A stretch of 64,000 bases of DNA from Gammaproteobacteria bacterium (GCA_965277715.1 OZ255836.1:2368001-2432000), one strand, 5' to 3'; positions 31,608-42,402 are shown, counted from the first letter of the stretch. Translations and numbers: made by a program. Notes: a model not told the origin generated them from the letters alone.

Positions 31608-32819
31608 TCAACCGAGTTGCGTTGTCATTACCGTGTACATTTTTTCCGCCACAAGATCAAAATCCGGGTATCGTTGCCGAAGCTTATCCAACAGCGCCAG
31701 GTTGGCGGCAATCCCTTCTGCCACCTCTTCTTCGGCTTGATCCAATAGGGCTTCAGTCAATACACAGTGGCTACGACCAAATCGGCGTAACACCTTGCGT
31801 TTAGGCCACCGTTTAGAGCCTGTGAGGCTGAGCGCCATGATATCCGCCGGGATATAAGGCACAGTGCTCACTACATCAAATACCGGCGACAATTGACGGA
31901 CAGTGGCGGGCAACTCCCCCAGGCGGAAGCCCGTCAGGGTTTTATAGATCACACCAATATTTTTAAGGTGTGCATCACCATTGCGTAAACGCACATTGAG
32001 TAGCGTCAGCTTGTAAAAATCATAGAGCGACTGCGAGCGGTGCTCCGGGGAAATAAACTGTGTAATCGTATTGGCGCAGCTTTCAATGGAAGCATCGTAT
32101 TTTTGCCGTGTGCCCTTCCCCTGCAGTACACAAAAATCCTCAAAGCCTAAGCGCCCGTCGTCGTCGGCAATATCAAAGCGCTTGCTGACCAACAACCGCG
32201 CATTATCACTCAAGTGAAATTTGGCCACGTTCAAACCGGCGCTTTTGGCAATACTGAGGCAAACAAATTCGTTACACGCTAGGTGGGGATATTCCGGCCC
32301 CCAGCTTTTAACCAAATAGTGTTGCGTCGGCAGGCTGATATGGGTTTTCAGTTCCAGTAAAATCTTGGGTTGCACACCGGCCACTCCGGAGTTTTTCGCG
32401 TATTGTGCCAACAATGTATCGAATAAATTGGCATCCAGCTCAGACAACAGCCCGCCCAGCGTTAGCGGGGCCACACTGCGGGCATCCAGACCCTGCCCTG
32501 TCAACGTATAGGCCAACCGACCGATTTGGTGCGCCCCTAAAATAGCCAGCAAAGACAAGTCATCACTACCGTAACGCTTGGTGGTCATCCGTTCCAGCGC
32601 CTCCCGCAACGCGCCTTCTGGCAGGTTCATTTGAAATACGGGGTGTAAATCATCATAGGTATAACTTTCAACACGCAGCGGCATGGTCAGAGACAAAGCC
32701 TCATTTGCCTGATGTTGATAACTCAAAATGTGCCGACCGGCTTCCCGGCTTAATCGGCTATTTAAAGCATATTCCTGCTGCTTTGGCCCCTGCCTGAGGT
32801 ATACGTCTAAAGTGGACAT
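31608..32819 (-). CDS. hipA: HipA-family kinase toxin
   Basis: MNLPEG, SGVAGVQPK, KRFD, FEDF, NGDAHLKN, LSPVFD. Confidence 0.9.
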   Translation of the reverse strand: MSTLDVYLRQGPKQQEYALNSRLSREAGRHILSYQHQANEALSLTMPLRVESYTYDDLHPVFQMNLPEGALREALERMTTKRYGSDDLSLLAILGAHQIGRLAYTLTGQGLDARSVAPLTLGGLLSELDANLFDTLLAQYAKNSGVAGVQPKILLELKTHISLPTQHYLVKSWGPEYPHLACNEFVCLSIAKSAGLNVAKFHLSDNARLLVSKRFDIADDDGRLGFEDFCVLQGKGTRQKYDASIESCANTITQFISPEHRSQSLYDFYKLTLLNVRLRNGDAHLKNIGVIYKTLTGFRLGELPATVRQLSPVFDVVSTVPYIPADIMALSLTGSKRWPKRKVLRRFGRSHCVLTEALLDQAEEEVAEGIAANLALLDKLRQRYPDFDLVAEKMYTVMTTQLG

Positions 32820-32827
32820 AGCGGGGG

Positions 32828-33061
32828 CTAACGCTGTTCCCGCAAGTCATCCAATGTCGGCAGCCCGGCGTTTACAACCGTCAGGCGCTTACCCAGCAGG
32901 GATAAAATGCGCTCCACCTTGCGAATACCGATATCGGCATAGTCATTCCGTTCCAGAGCGCCAACCGTGGTGCGATCCAAGTTGGCAAACCCGGCAAGCT
33001 GCCGCTGCGTCCAGCCCTTTTGTTTACGCAGCTGTCTTACGGTTTCACTGATATTTTGCAT
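32828..33061 (-). CDS. hipB: HipB-like XRE antitoxin
   Basis: HTH_3 (LRKQKGWTQRQLA) immediately upstream of hipA. Confidence 0.85.
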   Translation of the reverse strand: MQNISETVRQLRKQKGWTQRQLAGFANLDRTTVGALERNDYADIGIRKVERILSLLGKRLTVVNAGLPTLDDLREQR

Positions 33062-33351
33062 AAAAAGATAGATATATTCATCTAAAATAAATACTCAGGA
33101 GTCTATCGGGTTTAGGCGCTCGTAGCGAGGGAAAGACTGGTTCGAGTCATTTTTTACGCACTATTGAGGAGAATAGTGGTTCTATTTGCGGACATTGCTC
33201 CGCAATAATACGGGTGAAAATAACTCGGACTTTGGCCCATCGTGGCAAATTTTCATATCTTACCCATGCTTTATTCTCTTTAACGCAAATGGCACTATCT
33301 GCATGGTTTGAGTAGCTGGTACATATTTGACCCATCGCGTACTATCGCACC

Positions 33352-34269
33352 ATGCAAATCGCCAACCCAATCTACGATGTCGTCTTCAAGTACCTGATGG
33401 CCGACGAGCGCGCCGCCAAGCTGATTATTGGTGAAATCATCGGTATGGACGTCACCGACATTGCCCTGCAACCGCAAGAGCACCTGGCCAACCTGCCTGA
33501 AAAAAACCTCACCGTCTACCGGCTCGATTTTTCTGCCAGGGTTAAAACCCGCGATGGACAGTTCAAACAAGTCATTATTGAAATCCAGAAAGCCAAATAC
33601 ACCAGCGATATTATGCGTTTCCGGCGCTACCTGGGGCAGCAGTACAGCGATGAAAAAAATGTCCACGCGACTGTTTCGGCCACGGGGCACAGCACATATC
33701 AGGCGCTGCCGATTATTACCATCTACTTTTTGGGCCATACGCTCAACCACTGCACAGCATCCGTTATCAAAGTAGGCCGAATCTATACCGATGCCATTAC
33801 CGGCGAAACACTGGTCGACAAAGAAGCCTTTATCGAAAGCCTGACCCACGACAGCTATGTGGTACAAATTCCCTACCTGAAAGCCCAACGCCGCAACGAC
33901 CTGGAGAAACTACTGGAAATATTCGACCAGGACCTACAGGTGGAGAACAGACACAGGCTGGTGATTGATGAGACGCTGTTTCCAAAGAAATACCACGTAT
34001 TGATTAGGCGTCTGCAGGCGGCGATTAGCGAACCAGAGATAATTGACACCATGCAAATAGAAGACGAGATATTGCTGGAACTGCAAAACAAGGAACGCGA
34101 GATCGAGGCAAAAGAACAACTGGTTGAAGAACAAAGCAAAGCCCTTGAGGAGAAAGACCAGGCACTTGAGAGGAAAGACCAGATCGTCAGGGAACAAGGG
34201 GAAGCACTTGAAGAAAAAGACAAATTAATCGACGAACTAAAAAGCCAACTCAACCGATTATCTGAATAA
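33352..34269 (+). CDS. Rpn/PD-(D/E)XK nuclease family protein with coiled-coil tail
   Basis: NPIYDVVFKYL, RLDF, IIEIQK, RFRRYLG; C-terminal heptads (EEKDQAL). Confidence 0.85.
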   Translation: MQIANPIYDVVFKYLMADERAAKLIIGEIIGMDVTDIALQPQEHLANLPEKNLTVYRLDFSARVKTRDGQFKQVIIEIQKAKYTSDIMRFRRYLGQQYSDEKNVHATVSATGHSTYQALPIITIYFLGHTLNHCTASVIKVGRIYTDAITGETLVDKEAFIESLTHDSYVVQIPYLKAQRRNDLEKLLEIFDQDLQVENRHRLVIDETLFPKKYHVLIRRLQAAISEPEIIDTMQIEDEILLELQNKEREIEAKEQLVEEQSKALEEKDQALERKDQIVREQGEALEEKDKLIDELKSQLNRLSE

Positions 34270-34309
34270 ATTGCAGAGAAAAAGCAAGCAAATATCATCT
34301 TGAGCGTTT

Positions 34310-34393
34310 AACCTAAATTCCGCAGTTGAATCGTAGCGAGGGCGTCTAAGGTGCTGAAGATGAAGTGTTTTTACCAGAGTTTTAGCAATCCTG
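34310..34393. mobile_element. MITE family A half copy (TIR to central palindrome)
   Basis: Near-identical to the reverse complement of 5352-5435. Confidence 0.85.
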
Positions 34394-34411
34394 ATTGGTG
34401 ATGAGCAATTT

Positions 34412-34754
34412 TTACACTCCTCCAGGTGCGCCAAGGGCTTGTGCAGACTTTCGTGAGGCAACTGCGTTTTCTAGAATGATACAGGGTTGACCGGCAGCAG
34501 CGCGAAACACATGTGCAACAGGAATCTCGCGCCCGCGCATCATCGCGCTGTCAGGCGGCGCCCAGCGGCGAAACAAATAAGGATAGTCACATTGGTGTAG
34601 CAATAGACAAGTCTGGCACTCGGTTTGCGGTGCAACGCATACGCGCTCACACAGCGCACGCGCAAACACGCTGTACCACAAAACCCCAGGAAATACAGGG
34701 TATTCGATGGGGTCCAGCGAAGCGGAATCGGTACTCGGCTAAAGTAAGGTGCAT
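34412..34754 (-). pseudogene. cas6: Cas6 endoribonuclease remnant (frameshifted and truncated)
   Basis: MHLTLAEYRFRF, then shifted frame W..VFARAL...VC....C..CLL...C.Y.YLF typical of Cys-rich Cas6 N-termini; no G-rich C-terminal loop. Confidence 0.72.
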
Positions 34755-35165
34755 GTTTTGATGGTATACATAAAGCTGGTATGGGTCGGCAATAAAAAAA
34801 TAAGACAAAAATAAAATTTAAGCTATAGTTATATAGTTATAGGTAAAATTACATTATTGGTATCTACTAACTAGATCTAAAAATACCCTTATTGCCAATA
34901 CGTTACGGGCTATTGTCAAAATTTATAAAAAATTTAATGCCTGGTGAGAAAGTTATGCTGTGGCTGCGTTAACACAGAAAAATATATTCATCACCTTATT
35001 AGCAATAATAAATGTCTTACTGAGCGCCTAAACCCGACAGGCTCATAGCCCCAAGATGCATCATTGTTGAAATAGGAAAATAATTGAACGAAATAAATGC
35101 GGTAATATGGTCATTCACTAAAAATCATTCGCAATACTAACAACAGATTTTAAAAGGAGATTGCC

Positions 35166-36455
35166 GTGCAAAAAATATCGGCCACCTACGAAATAGTTAC
35201 ACCTATGTTTATAGGCGATGCCAATCAGGAAGCGACAGGTATTTCTGCCGCTGCCGTTAAGGGTGCGCTGCGGTTTTGGTGGCGTGCTTTGAATTGGGGG
35301 AGCATTAGGAATAACTGTAACTCAGATGAAGAAGCCCTTTGTAAGCTGCACAAACGAGAGGGAGTGCTTTTTGGTAGAAGCTCGAAAATACCAGAAGAGA
35401 ATGGAAAGGAGATAGGTGGGCAGGGGAAGTTCATACTCAGAGTAAAGAGTCAGAATCAAAAGGGTTATATTGAATTAAGCACAGAGAAACTAAATAGTCA
35501 CTTTCCCCTAAGTAAAACACCCTGGATAACTTACCTTCTCGGCATGGGACTAATGGAATATAACAAGAAAGATAGAGACAACCGCTATACCAGAAGCGCC
35601 CTTTCACCAGAGAAAGAGAGTGGTTTATCAGAATTCACGGTTGAGCTGATTGGAAAAGAATTGGATTCTCTCAAACCCGCACTCGAAGCATGGGGCATGC
35701 TGGGCGGGCTTGGCAGCCGTAATAGACATGGACTCGGCTCAGTCACCTTAAAAAAACTGGACGGTGTAGACGCACCCAATACTAGAGAGCAATATATAGG
35801 TAAACTTAAAAAAATAGTCTCTGAAACAAAAAAAACAATTAAAGACCCTCCCTTTACTGCATTTAGCGGAGGTATGAGGCTAAGTGTCTCACCTACAGAA
35901 GGTCGCGACTGGTTATCGTTAAACAACCTGGCTAAAATTATGCAGTTGTACAGAGGCTGGGGGTATAAAGGAAATAATACAATCCATAAAATTAATAATA
36001 CTAAAGTTGATCCAGATGCTCATACTCTAAAAAATAGCGATCACTGTTTATTGATGCGCATGGAGCGCAGCCCTCACTCTGTGTCTTCGCTACCAGCAAG
36101 TGCTGTTTTTGGCTTGCCTAGAAGCTATGTAATCTCTTCACGTAGCGCGAAAATAAAACTGGAACCTTCTGCACGCACCTCCAAAGGAAAAGAGGATACA
36201 ACCAACAAACGCTCTCGTAGAGCCTCACCATTATTTATTCATGCACACAAATTGGGAGATGGAAGTTTCGTTGTAACGCAATTATTTCTGCCATCTCTGT
36301 TTTTGCCCACAGGCGATGAAGTGAAACTAGAACATGAAATAAACAAGCACTTCATTAATAAAGCTACTCTATCGCCTCTTGATTCTACGCAATGGCAAGT
36401 CATTACAGAATATTTAGATCTTAACGATTTCAATGCGTGGGATAACGTTATATGA
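35166..36455 (+). CDS. cmr1: Type III-B CRISPR RAMP Cmr1
   Basis: IVTPMFIG, VKGALRFWWRA, LGGLGSRNRHGLG, FGLP, RRASPL. Confidence 0.92.
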   Translation: MQKISATYEIVTPMFIGDANQEATGISAAAVKGALRFWWRALNWGSIRNNCNSDEEALCKLHKREGVLFGRSSKIPEENGKEIGGQGKFILRVKSQNQKGYIELSTEKLNSHFPLSKTPWITYLLGMGLMEYNKKDRDNRYTRSALSPEKESGLSEFTVELIGKELDSLKPALEAWGMLGGLGSRNRHGLGSVTLKKLDGVDAPNTREQYIGKLKKIVSETKKTIKDPPFTAFSGGMRLSVSPTEGRDWLSLNNLAKIMQLYRGWGYKGNNTIHKINNTKVDPDAHTLKNSDHCLLMRMERSPHSVSSLPASAVFGLPRSYVISSRSAKIKLEPSARTSKGKEDTTNKRSRRASPLFIHAHKLGDGSFVVTQLFLPSLFLPTGDEVKLEHEINKHFINKATLSPLDSTQWQVITEYLDLNDFNAWDNVI

Positions 36456-38422
36456 ATAATGAAGCGTATTTCCACTTCACCCTAGGCCCCGTCCAAAGCT
36501 TCATATCCCAGGCGCGTCGCGCACGCGATTTTTGGGCCGGTTCATTCTTACTTTCCTGGCTGTCCGGCGTCGCTATGCAGGAAGTCATTGCTCAGAATCA
36601 CGGCAAAATCGACACCATTCTGTATCCATTGGCAAACCAGAATTTCCTCGATTACTTACAAGGCAAAGACCAGGGCGAAAAGCCCCAACAGGGTTGCATT
36701 CCCAATCGATTTAAAGCCCGCGTCGGACAGGGTTTTCGTCCTGAGGCGGTCGCCGATGCAGTCAATACCGCCTGGCACGGACTCGCAGAAAAAATCTTTA
36801 GTGAAGATATCGCCAACATATCTGTGGAAAATATAAAGCGCTCGAAAAAAATATGGGATAGACAGGTTGAGCATTTTTGGGAGGTCAATTGGGCGATAAC
36901 CGCTTCACCCGAAGGTGACGACCCTTTGAGTCAGCGCAAATATTGGCGCTCACACTACCCCTCAGCAGAAGGTGGGGTGAAATGCATGATGATCGATGGC
37001 TTACAGGAACTCTCCGGGGAGCCACGTCCGATAAAGGAACGCCAAGACAAATTCTGGAACGCCGTTTTGCAAAACGGTAAGCCAGGCATAAAAACCGATA
37101 TACGCACCGGGGAACGTTTGTGCGCCATCGCGTTTATCAAGCGGCGGTTTTCCCGATGCTGTCACTTTCAAAAGCTGGAAGTGCCCATGTCTATATCGAT
37201 GCAATCCAGTTGGTCCTTGCAAGGGTGGGAACTGGATTCGCCTCGACCTTCTGTCTCGTATATGGCAGCGGTGCATTGGCTAGAGCATCTTGTCGAGCAG
37301 GCCGGTAAAAGTAGTGACATCGCAAACTTGCTTACCGATTTTTACAATGCTACCGGCAAGCTGACCAATCAACATAACGAATACGACAATAACATTCACT
37401 GTATTCAGACAGCGCTGGAAAAGAATCCACATATCGACGAAGAATGGTTCGCACGAGACGGTAATATGTTTTTTTCCAGCACGCTGGAAAGCGACTATGT
37501 ACTCGATGATACAAAACAAAATCACGCCATAGCCGCCAGCGAGAAACTGAGGGTATTGCAGCGCAAACTTAACCGCAAAGCCAGCCCGTTTTACGCTGTG
37601 CTGGTAATGGACGGTGATAACCTTGGCGTGCAGCTACGCGATAGCCATAACGCCCAAATTATCGCAAAGGCGCTGGATACATTCACCCAGAACGTACAAA
37701 AAGTAGTAAAGGCATCCAATGGATTTTTAATCTACGCGGGTGGCGACGATGTGCTGGCTATTCTCCCTCTGGAGGATGCCATTCCCTGTGCGTTAGAGCT
37801 GCGAAAGTGTTATATGGGTGCCTTCGATGCCACATCATTAAGCCAGAAGCAATCAATTTCCGCTGCGATCTGCTACCCCTATATCAAAACCCCTCTAACC
37901 AGTGCACTCGCGCAGGCACACACACTTTTGGATGACATCGCCAAGGAGCGCACCGGGCGTAACGCCATCGCTATACAAGTCATCAAGCCAGGCGGTAAGG
38001 GCCCATGCTGGTCGATGCCCTGGCAACGCGCAGTGACCGAAGCGAACGATACACTCGTGTTGGATGCGCTCGCTCAAGATCTCGCCAGCAACGACATTGA
38101 ACGCCGACAATTCAGTGGACGTTTTTTGCACAAGCTCAGTACGTACTTTAACGTACTCACCTCGGAGGATGACGGCAAAGAAGCGTTTACCAGGGAATCC
38201 ATCAACAATTTATTAATCGCTGAATATCTGTCATCCGGTGCTTGCGAACATATCCCCAAGGCAGACAGGCAAACACACGCCAAAAAAGTGGTGGCCCACC
38301 TACTCACGCAGTGCTACCCGATGCGTTCCAAACCAAATGGCGGGGGCTTTGAAGCGGCGGGGCCGCCTTCATCTGACGCCGCGCTGCTGCTGCGTTTTCT
38401 CGCCCAAAAAGGAGTCGAATAA
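36452..38422 (+). CDS. cas10: Cas10/Cmr2 without HD domain, GGDD cyclase motif intact
   Basis: LGPVQSFISQARR.RDFWAGS, C..C zinc site, YAVLVMDGDNLG, IYAGGDDVLA. Confidence 0.93.
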   Translation: MNNEAYFHFTLGPVQSFISQARRARDFWAGSFLLSWLSGVAMQEVIAQNHGKIDTILYPLANQNFLDYLQGKDQGEKPQQGCIPNRFKARVGQGFRPEAVADAVNTAWHGLAEKIFSEDIANISVENIKRSKKIWDRQVEHFWEVNWAITASPEGDDPLSQRKYWRSHYPSAEGGVKCMMIDGLQELSGEPRPIKERQDKFWNAVLQNGKPGIKTDIRTGERLCAIAFIKRRFSRCCHFQKLEVPMSISMQSSWSLQGWELDSPRPSVSYMAAVHWLEHLVEQAGKSSDIANLLTDFYNATGKLTNQHNEYDNNIHCIQTALEKNPHIDEEWFARDGNMFFSSTLESDYVLDDTKQNHAIAASEKLRVLQRKLNRKASPFYAVLVMDGDNLGVQLRDSHNAQIIAKALDTFTQNVQKVVKASNGFLIYAGGDDVLAILPLEDAIPCALELRKCYMGAFDATSLSQKQSISAAICYPYIKTPLTSALAQAHTLLDDIAKERTGRNAIAIQVIKPGGKGPCWSMPWQRAVTEANDTLVLDALAQDLASNDIERRQFSGRFLHKLSTYFNVLTSEDDGKEAFTRESINNLLIAEYLSSGACEHIPKADRQTHAKKVVAHLLTQCYPMRSKPNGGGFEAAGPPSSDAALLLRFLAQKGVE

Positions 38423-39609
38423 TGGCATTCACCTGTCGCTTTACCCCTATCGATACCTGGTTTTTTAAAGAATCACGACCAATGGAAAGTATCGGCGACG
38501 CCGAGCTTAGCAGTGTTTTTCCGCCACCTGCGCGTACTTTGATCGGTGCAATTCGCGCCGCTATCGGTGCGCATAACGGTATCGACTGGCACGACAAAAA
38601 ACACAAACTTATCGACCAAATTGGCGACAACCTGTCATTTGGGCAAATTCGCCTGGAAGGGCCATGGGTCAACTATCCAGGTGACAACAAACGCCCGCCG
38701 CAACGTCTGTTCGCCGCACCTTACAACCTGCTCCGCCATACACCGGAGGGCTCTGTCTCCCGCCTGACTATCGGCACGCCAGTACACTGTGACCTTGGCA
38801 AGGTACGTTTGCCTCGCGCACCAAGCGGCGCTAAGCCCGTACGTGAACGCTGGATTACTCAAGAGGGATTGCAAACTGTATTGAATGGCAATACCCCGCG
38901 ATCAGAGGATCTTATCGACTGCACCCACCTCTATCACCAAGAATCACGGCTAGGCATAGCGCGTGACAATTACAAACGCACCGTCGAGCGCAACCTGCTC
39001 TACCAAACCCGTCATTTGCGCCTCAAGCCCAGTGTTTCGATTGATCTCGATATTAACGGCATCGATCAGTCCCTATTGCCTGACTCTGAAAACAGGCTGC
39101 TACGGCTGGGAGGAGAAGGCCGCATGGCAGCCTACGAATGCCCAAACACAACGAACGCACGCCTCAGCTCACCCACCCCACCTAACGATGCAAAAGGTGT
39201 AATCCTGGTGTTGCTCAGCAACGCTAATGCTCCTGTCGATGGCAATACGCCCACGCCACTACCCGGCTTCACATGCACCAAAGAAAACCACTGTACCGTT
39301 TGGCGCGGTTCGATAAACGGTGTGGAACTAACCCTGCATACCGCCGCTTGTGCCCACTCAGTACGCGAGGGTGGCTGGGATCTCGTCGAAAACGCCCCCC
39401 GGCCCGCAGAGAGTCTTATCCCTGCGGGCAGTGTGTTTTACTGCACTGTCGATAACGGCGATATCCCCTACGCTATAAAAAAACTGCATAACGCTCAATT
39501 ACTGGACAGTGATGCCTCTACTCCCACTGATGCCACCAACCTCACCCTGGGTCGCGGCTTACTGGCCGCTGGCATTTGGCCCGCTAACGAATTTACCGAA
39601 GGAGACTAA
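38422..39609 (+). CDS. cmr3: Cmr3
   Basis: PIDTWFF.E.RP, PPPART..GA, E.RLGI, LGGEGR, GGWD, PAGSV. Confidence 0.92.
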   Translation: MAFTCRFTPIDTWFFKESRPMESIGDAELSSVFPPPARTLIGAIRAAIGAHNGIDWHDKKHKLIDQIGDNLSFGQIRLEGPWVNYPGDNKRPPQRLFAAPYNLLRHTPEGSVSRLTIGTPVHCDLGKVRLPRAPSGAKPVRERWITQEGLQTVLNGNTPRSEDLIDCTHLYHQESRLGIARDNYKRTVERNLLYQTRHLRLKPSVSIDLDINGIDQSLLPDSENRLLRLGGEGRMAAYECPNTTNARLSSPTPPNDAKGVILVLLSNANAPVDGNTPTPLPGFTCTKENHCTVWRGSINGVELTLHTAACAHSVREGGWDLVENAPRPAESLIPAGSVFYCTVDNGDIPYAIKKLHNAQLLDSDASTPTDATNLTLGRGLLAAGIWPANEFTEGD

Positions 39610-39612
39610 CCC

Positions 39613-40620
39613 ATGTATCAAGCCCGCACCCTGCTGGGACTCCATGCACAAACCTCTATTCACGCCGGTAGCGGCTGGCAAACCGGCGCTATCGACCTGC
39701 CGATTCAACGCGAAGGCCACAATGGCTGGCCATGTGTCTTCGGCTCTTCGGTCAAGGGCGCACTGCGCAATCGCGCCGAACAAGAGAAGATGCAAAATTC
39801 ACTCGCAAATAACGAACTCACCCCTGAAAAAGCCCACCAACAGGCACGGGAAGCGCCAGATATAGTAGCGGTCTTTGGCCCACCGACTAATAGGGCATCC
39901 GACCACGCCGGTGCGCTTATCGTTAGCGATGCGCGCTTATTGTTGTTTCCGGTACGCTCGCTGACCTCACAGTTCAAATGGGTTACCTGCCCCAGCGCAT
40001 TACAGCGTTTTAAAGAGGATCACAAACGCCTATTCGGAAAAGACATCGAACTAAAAATACCAGAGTGTGAAGGGGAGGAACAAGCGATTGCGCACTGTAT
40101 AAACCCTTCCGATCAAACATCAACGAAAAAGGAAAAACTGTTTCTGGAAGAGTATTTATTTAATCTGGAATACACGGACATTGAAAAAACACTCATCGAA
40201 CAATTAGCCGCGCTTATGTGCCAACCAGAAGCTAAAAAGGCACTACGCAGGCAACTGGTTATCATCAGTGATGATAACTTCACCCATCTGGTAAACCATG
40301 CCACCCCGGTAAATGCGCATATCGCCATAGCGTCCGACACCAAAACGGCAAAGGATGGCGCACTGTGGTACGAGGAGACTCTGCCACCAGAAGCACTGCT
40401 TTATACCTGCCTAGCGGCCAGCAATGCCCGTACCCCAAAATCGCAAAACACAGAAAACACTGTAAGCCAGTCCGCCCAATGCATTATGAACACAGTCCTT
40501 GGCTGGTTTGGCGATGGTAAGCATTGGCTTCAAATTGGCGCTAATGAAACTGTTGGCATGGGGTGGTGTGCAGTGCAGCCATTACGAGACGTTGCAGACG
40601 ATACAAAGGAGGATGGCTAA
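39613..40620 (+). CDS. cmr4: Cmr4 (target RNA nuclease)
   Basis: SIHAGSG, IDLPIQRE (catalytic Asp), SSVKGALR, ALWYEE.LP, QIGANETVG.G. Confidence 0.94.
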   Translation: MYQARTLLGLHAQTSIHAGSGWQTGAIDLPIQREGHNGWPCVFGSSVKGALRNRAEQEKMQNSLANNELTPEKAHQQAREAPDIVAVFGPPTNRASDHAGALIVSDARLLLFPVRSLTSQFKWVTCPSALQRFKEDHKRLFGKDIELKIPECEGEEQAIAHCINPSDQTSTKKEKLFLEEYLFNLEYTDIEKTLIEQLAALMCQPEAKKALRRQLVIISDDNFTHLVNHATPVNAHIAIASDTKTAKDGALWYEETLPPEALLYTCLAASNARTPKSQNTENTVSQSAQCIMNTVLGWFGDGKHWLQIGANETVGMGWCAVQPLRDVADDTKEDG

Positions 40621-41029
40621 TATGCAAACCATTCAACAACGACGGGCAAAATACGCGCTAGACCAGGTGCAGAACGCCAAATCAAACAGTGGTATTGATA
40701 ACAAAGAATACAAAAGCTACGCCAATGCGCTACCGGCGATGATACACACTAACGGATTGGGACAAGCCACTGCATTTTACAAGTCAAAGGGAGGCACCCA
40801 TAAAGCACTCTATAATTTACTGTCTGGTTGGTTGTGTAAAGACGCACAAATTTACAGCGAATGCAGTGACCTGATGGAAGGCATTACCGGCGGTAATATG
40901 CGCGATTACCGCCTGGCTCAGGCCGAAGCAGTAGCTTTAATGGACTGGGCAAAGAAATTCGCCAACGCTTATATGAGCGAGCAAGAGCAAGAAGATAAAC
41001 AGGAGAGCGCAGATGTTGCCCCTGTATAG
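40613..41029 (+). CDS. cmr5: Cmr5 small subunit
   Basis: QRRAKYA, LPAMI..NGLGQ..AF, W.KKFA. Confidence 0.9.
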   Translation: MANMQTIQQRRAKYALDQVQNAKSNSGIDNKEYKSYANALPAMIHTNGLGQATAFYKSKGGTHKALYNLLSGWLCKDAQIYSECSDLMEGITGGNMRDYRLAQAEAVALMDWAKKFANAYMSEQEQEDKQESADVAPV

Positions 41030-42167
41030 CGAGGCGCAACCCCATGGGCAAGAGCTGGATCGCGATACTTCGGCGAATATGGGGCTGTGGTTTGATCGAT
41101 TCTTTAATGGCTATAACCACAACTTCAGTGAAATTAGCAAACCCACAGATCTCAAAGAGGTAAAAAAACAATGGATCCACACTCTGGATCGACATGCAGG
41201 CAAAGAAGAACAACTAGAGAGTTTTGCTAAAAACCAATGTCGCCTCATTCACTCACTGGGCGGTCTTTGTCAAGAATATCGAACCGAAGGGCGCTTCATT
41301 ACTGGCATGGGCAATTCGCACCCGATAGAAAATGGCCTAAGTTGGCACTTCACCCTGGGCGTGCCCTACCTGCCTGGTTCAGCCGTCAAAGGGTTAGTGC
41401 GAGCTTGGGTTGAGCAATGGCAAGATGAAATCGAAGAGAGTAAAAAACGGCAACTGCTCACATGGTTTGGCAGTGAAGATAAAGAACCAGGCCCTGAGCA
41501 AAACCAACAAGCCGGTGAAATTATTTTTTACGATGCGATTCCCATAAATCCGGTAAAACTGCATATCGACATAATGACGCCACATATGGGGAAATGGTAT
41601 GAAAAAGGCGGTGATATCACGAACGTTGATGATTCACCCGAAGCCGTCCCTGCCGATTGGCACGACCCGGTTCCGATTAAGTTTTTATCGATGGACAAAG
41701 GGGCGGAATTTTTATTTAGCATTGCACCAAGGCAACCTAAGAGTTGGTCGGTAGATTCGTTAACCGAAGTTATACAAGTGCTCAATATGGCATTGGAATG
41801 GCTCGGAGCTGGGGCGAAAACAGCCCTTGGCTATGGGCAAATGGTACAGACTGGGAAAAGCAGTATAGAAGACAAGGTCAAAAACGAAGATGAGAAAGAA
41901 CACACAAGAAAGTTATCGCCCGAAGGGTTGGTTTTACATGGCCTCAAAAAAGAACTGGAGCGAACAAAGAAATTAAACGATGCTAGAGCTAACACTTCGC
42001 TTCGCCAAAGGACATTGGATATTGCATCAAAAGCCAAGAGTTGGCCTCAAGTGCCAGAGAGACAAGAATTAGCCAATCTAATCGTGGAAGTATACGAATT
42101 CATAGGTTGGGGGAAGACTAAAAAAAAGAGAAAAGTACATTGCATAATTAAGGAGTTAAGAAATTAA
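41013..42167 (+). CDS. cmr6: Cmr6
   Basis: TGMGN.HP.ENG, GVPYLPGSAVKG, DIMTPH, DPVPI.F, GAGAKTA.GYG. Confidence 0.93.
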   Translation: MLPLYSEAQPHGQELDRDTSANMGLWFDRFFNGYNHNFSEISKPTDLKEVKKQWIHTLDRHAGKEEQLESFAKNQCRLIHSLGGLCQEYRTEGRFITGMGNSHPIENGLSWHFTLGVPYLPGSAVKGLVRAWVEQWQDEIEESKKRQLLTWFGSEDKEPGPEQNQQAGEIIFYDAIPINPVKLHIDIMTPHMGKWYEKGGDITNVDDSPEAVPADWHDPVPIKFLSMDKGAEFLFSIAPRQPKSWSVDSLTEVIQVLNMALEWLGAGAKTALGYGQMVQTGKSSIEDKVKNEDEKEHTRKLSPEGLVLHGLKKELERTKKLNDARANTSLRQRTLDIASKAKSWPQVPERQELANLIVEVYEFIGWGKTKKKRKVHCIIKELRN

Positions 42168-42402
42168 TTATGCAAACAATATCCTCTTTTTTCAGTACAT
42201 CTGCTTTTGTAATTATAGGATGAATAAGCACACTATTACTGTTAATACGCCCGATAAAACTATTAATAATAATTTCAGGCTTATTACTATTCATTTATAA
42301 AATGGGATTGAGTTACCGGAAAAAAATATAGCGATAAACGTTTACCCGTGACTGCATTTCTTCTTAACGGGACAGCAGTGTTAATAACTACATAATTTTA
42401 TC

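Noticed and set aside
34755-35165. CRISPR array or leader beside the cmr operon (42168-42402 also checked)
   Set aside because: AT-rich but no regularly spaced 25-40 bp direct repeats
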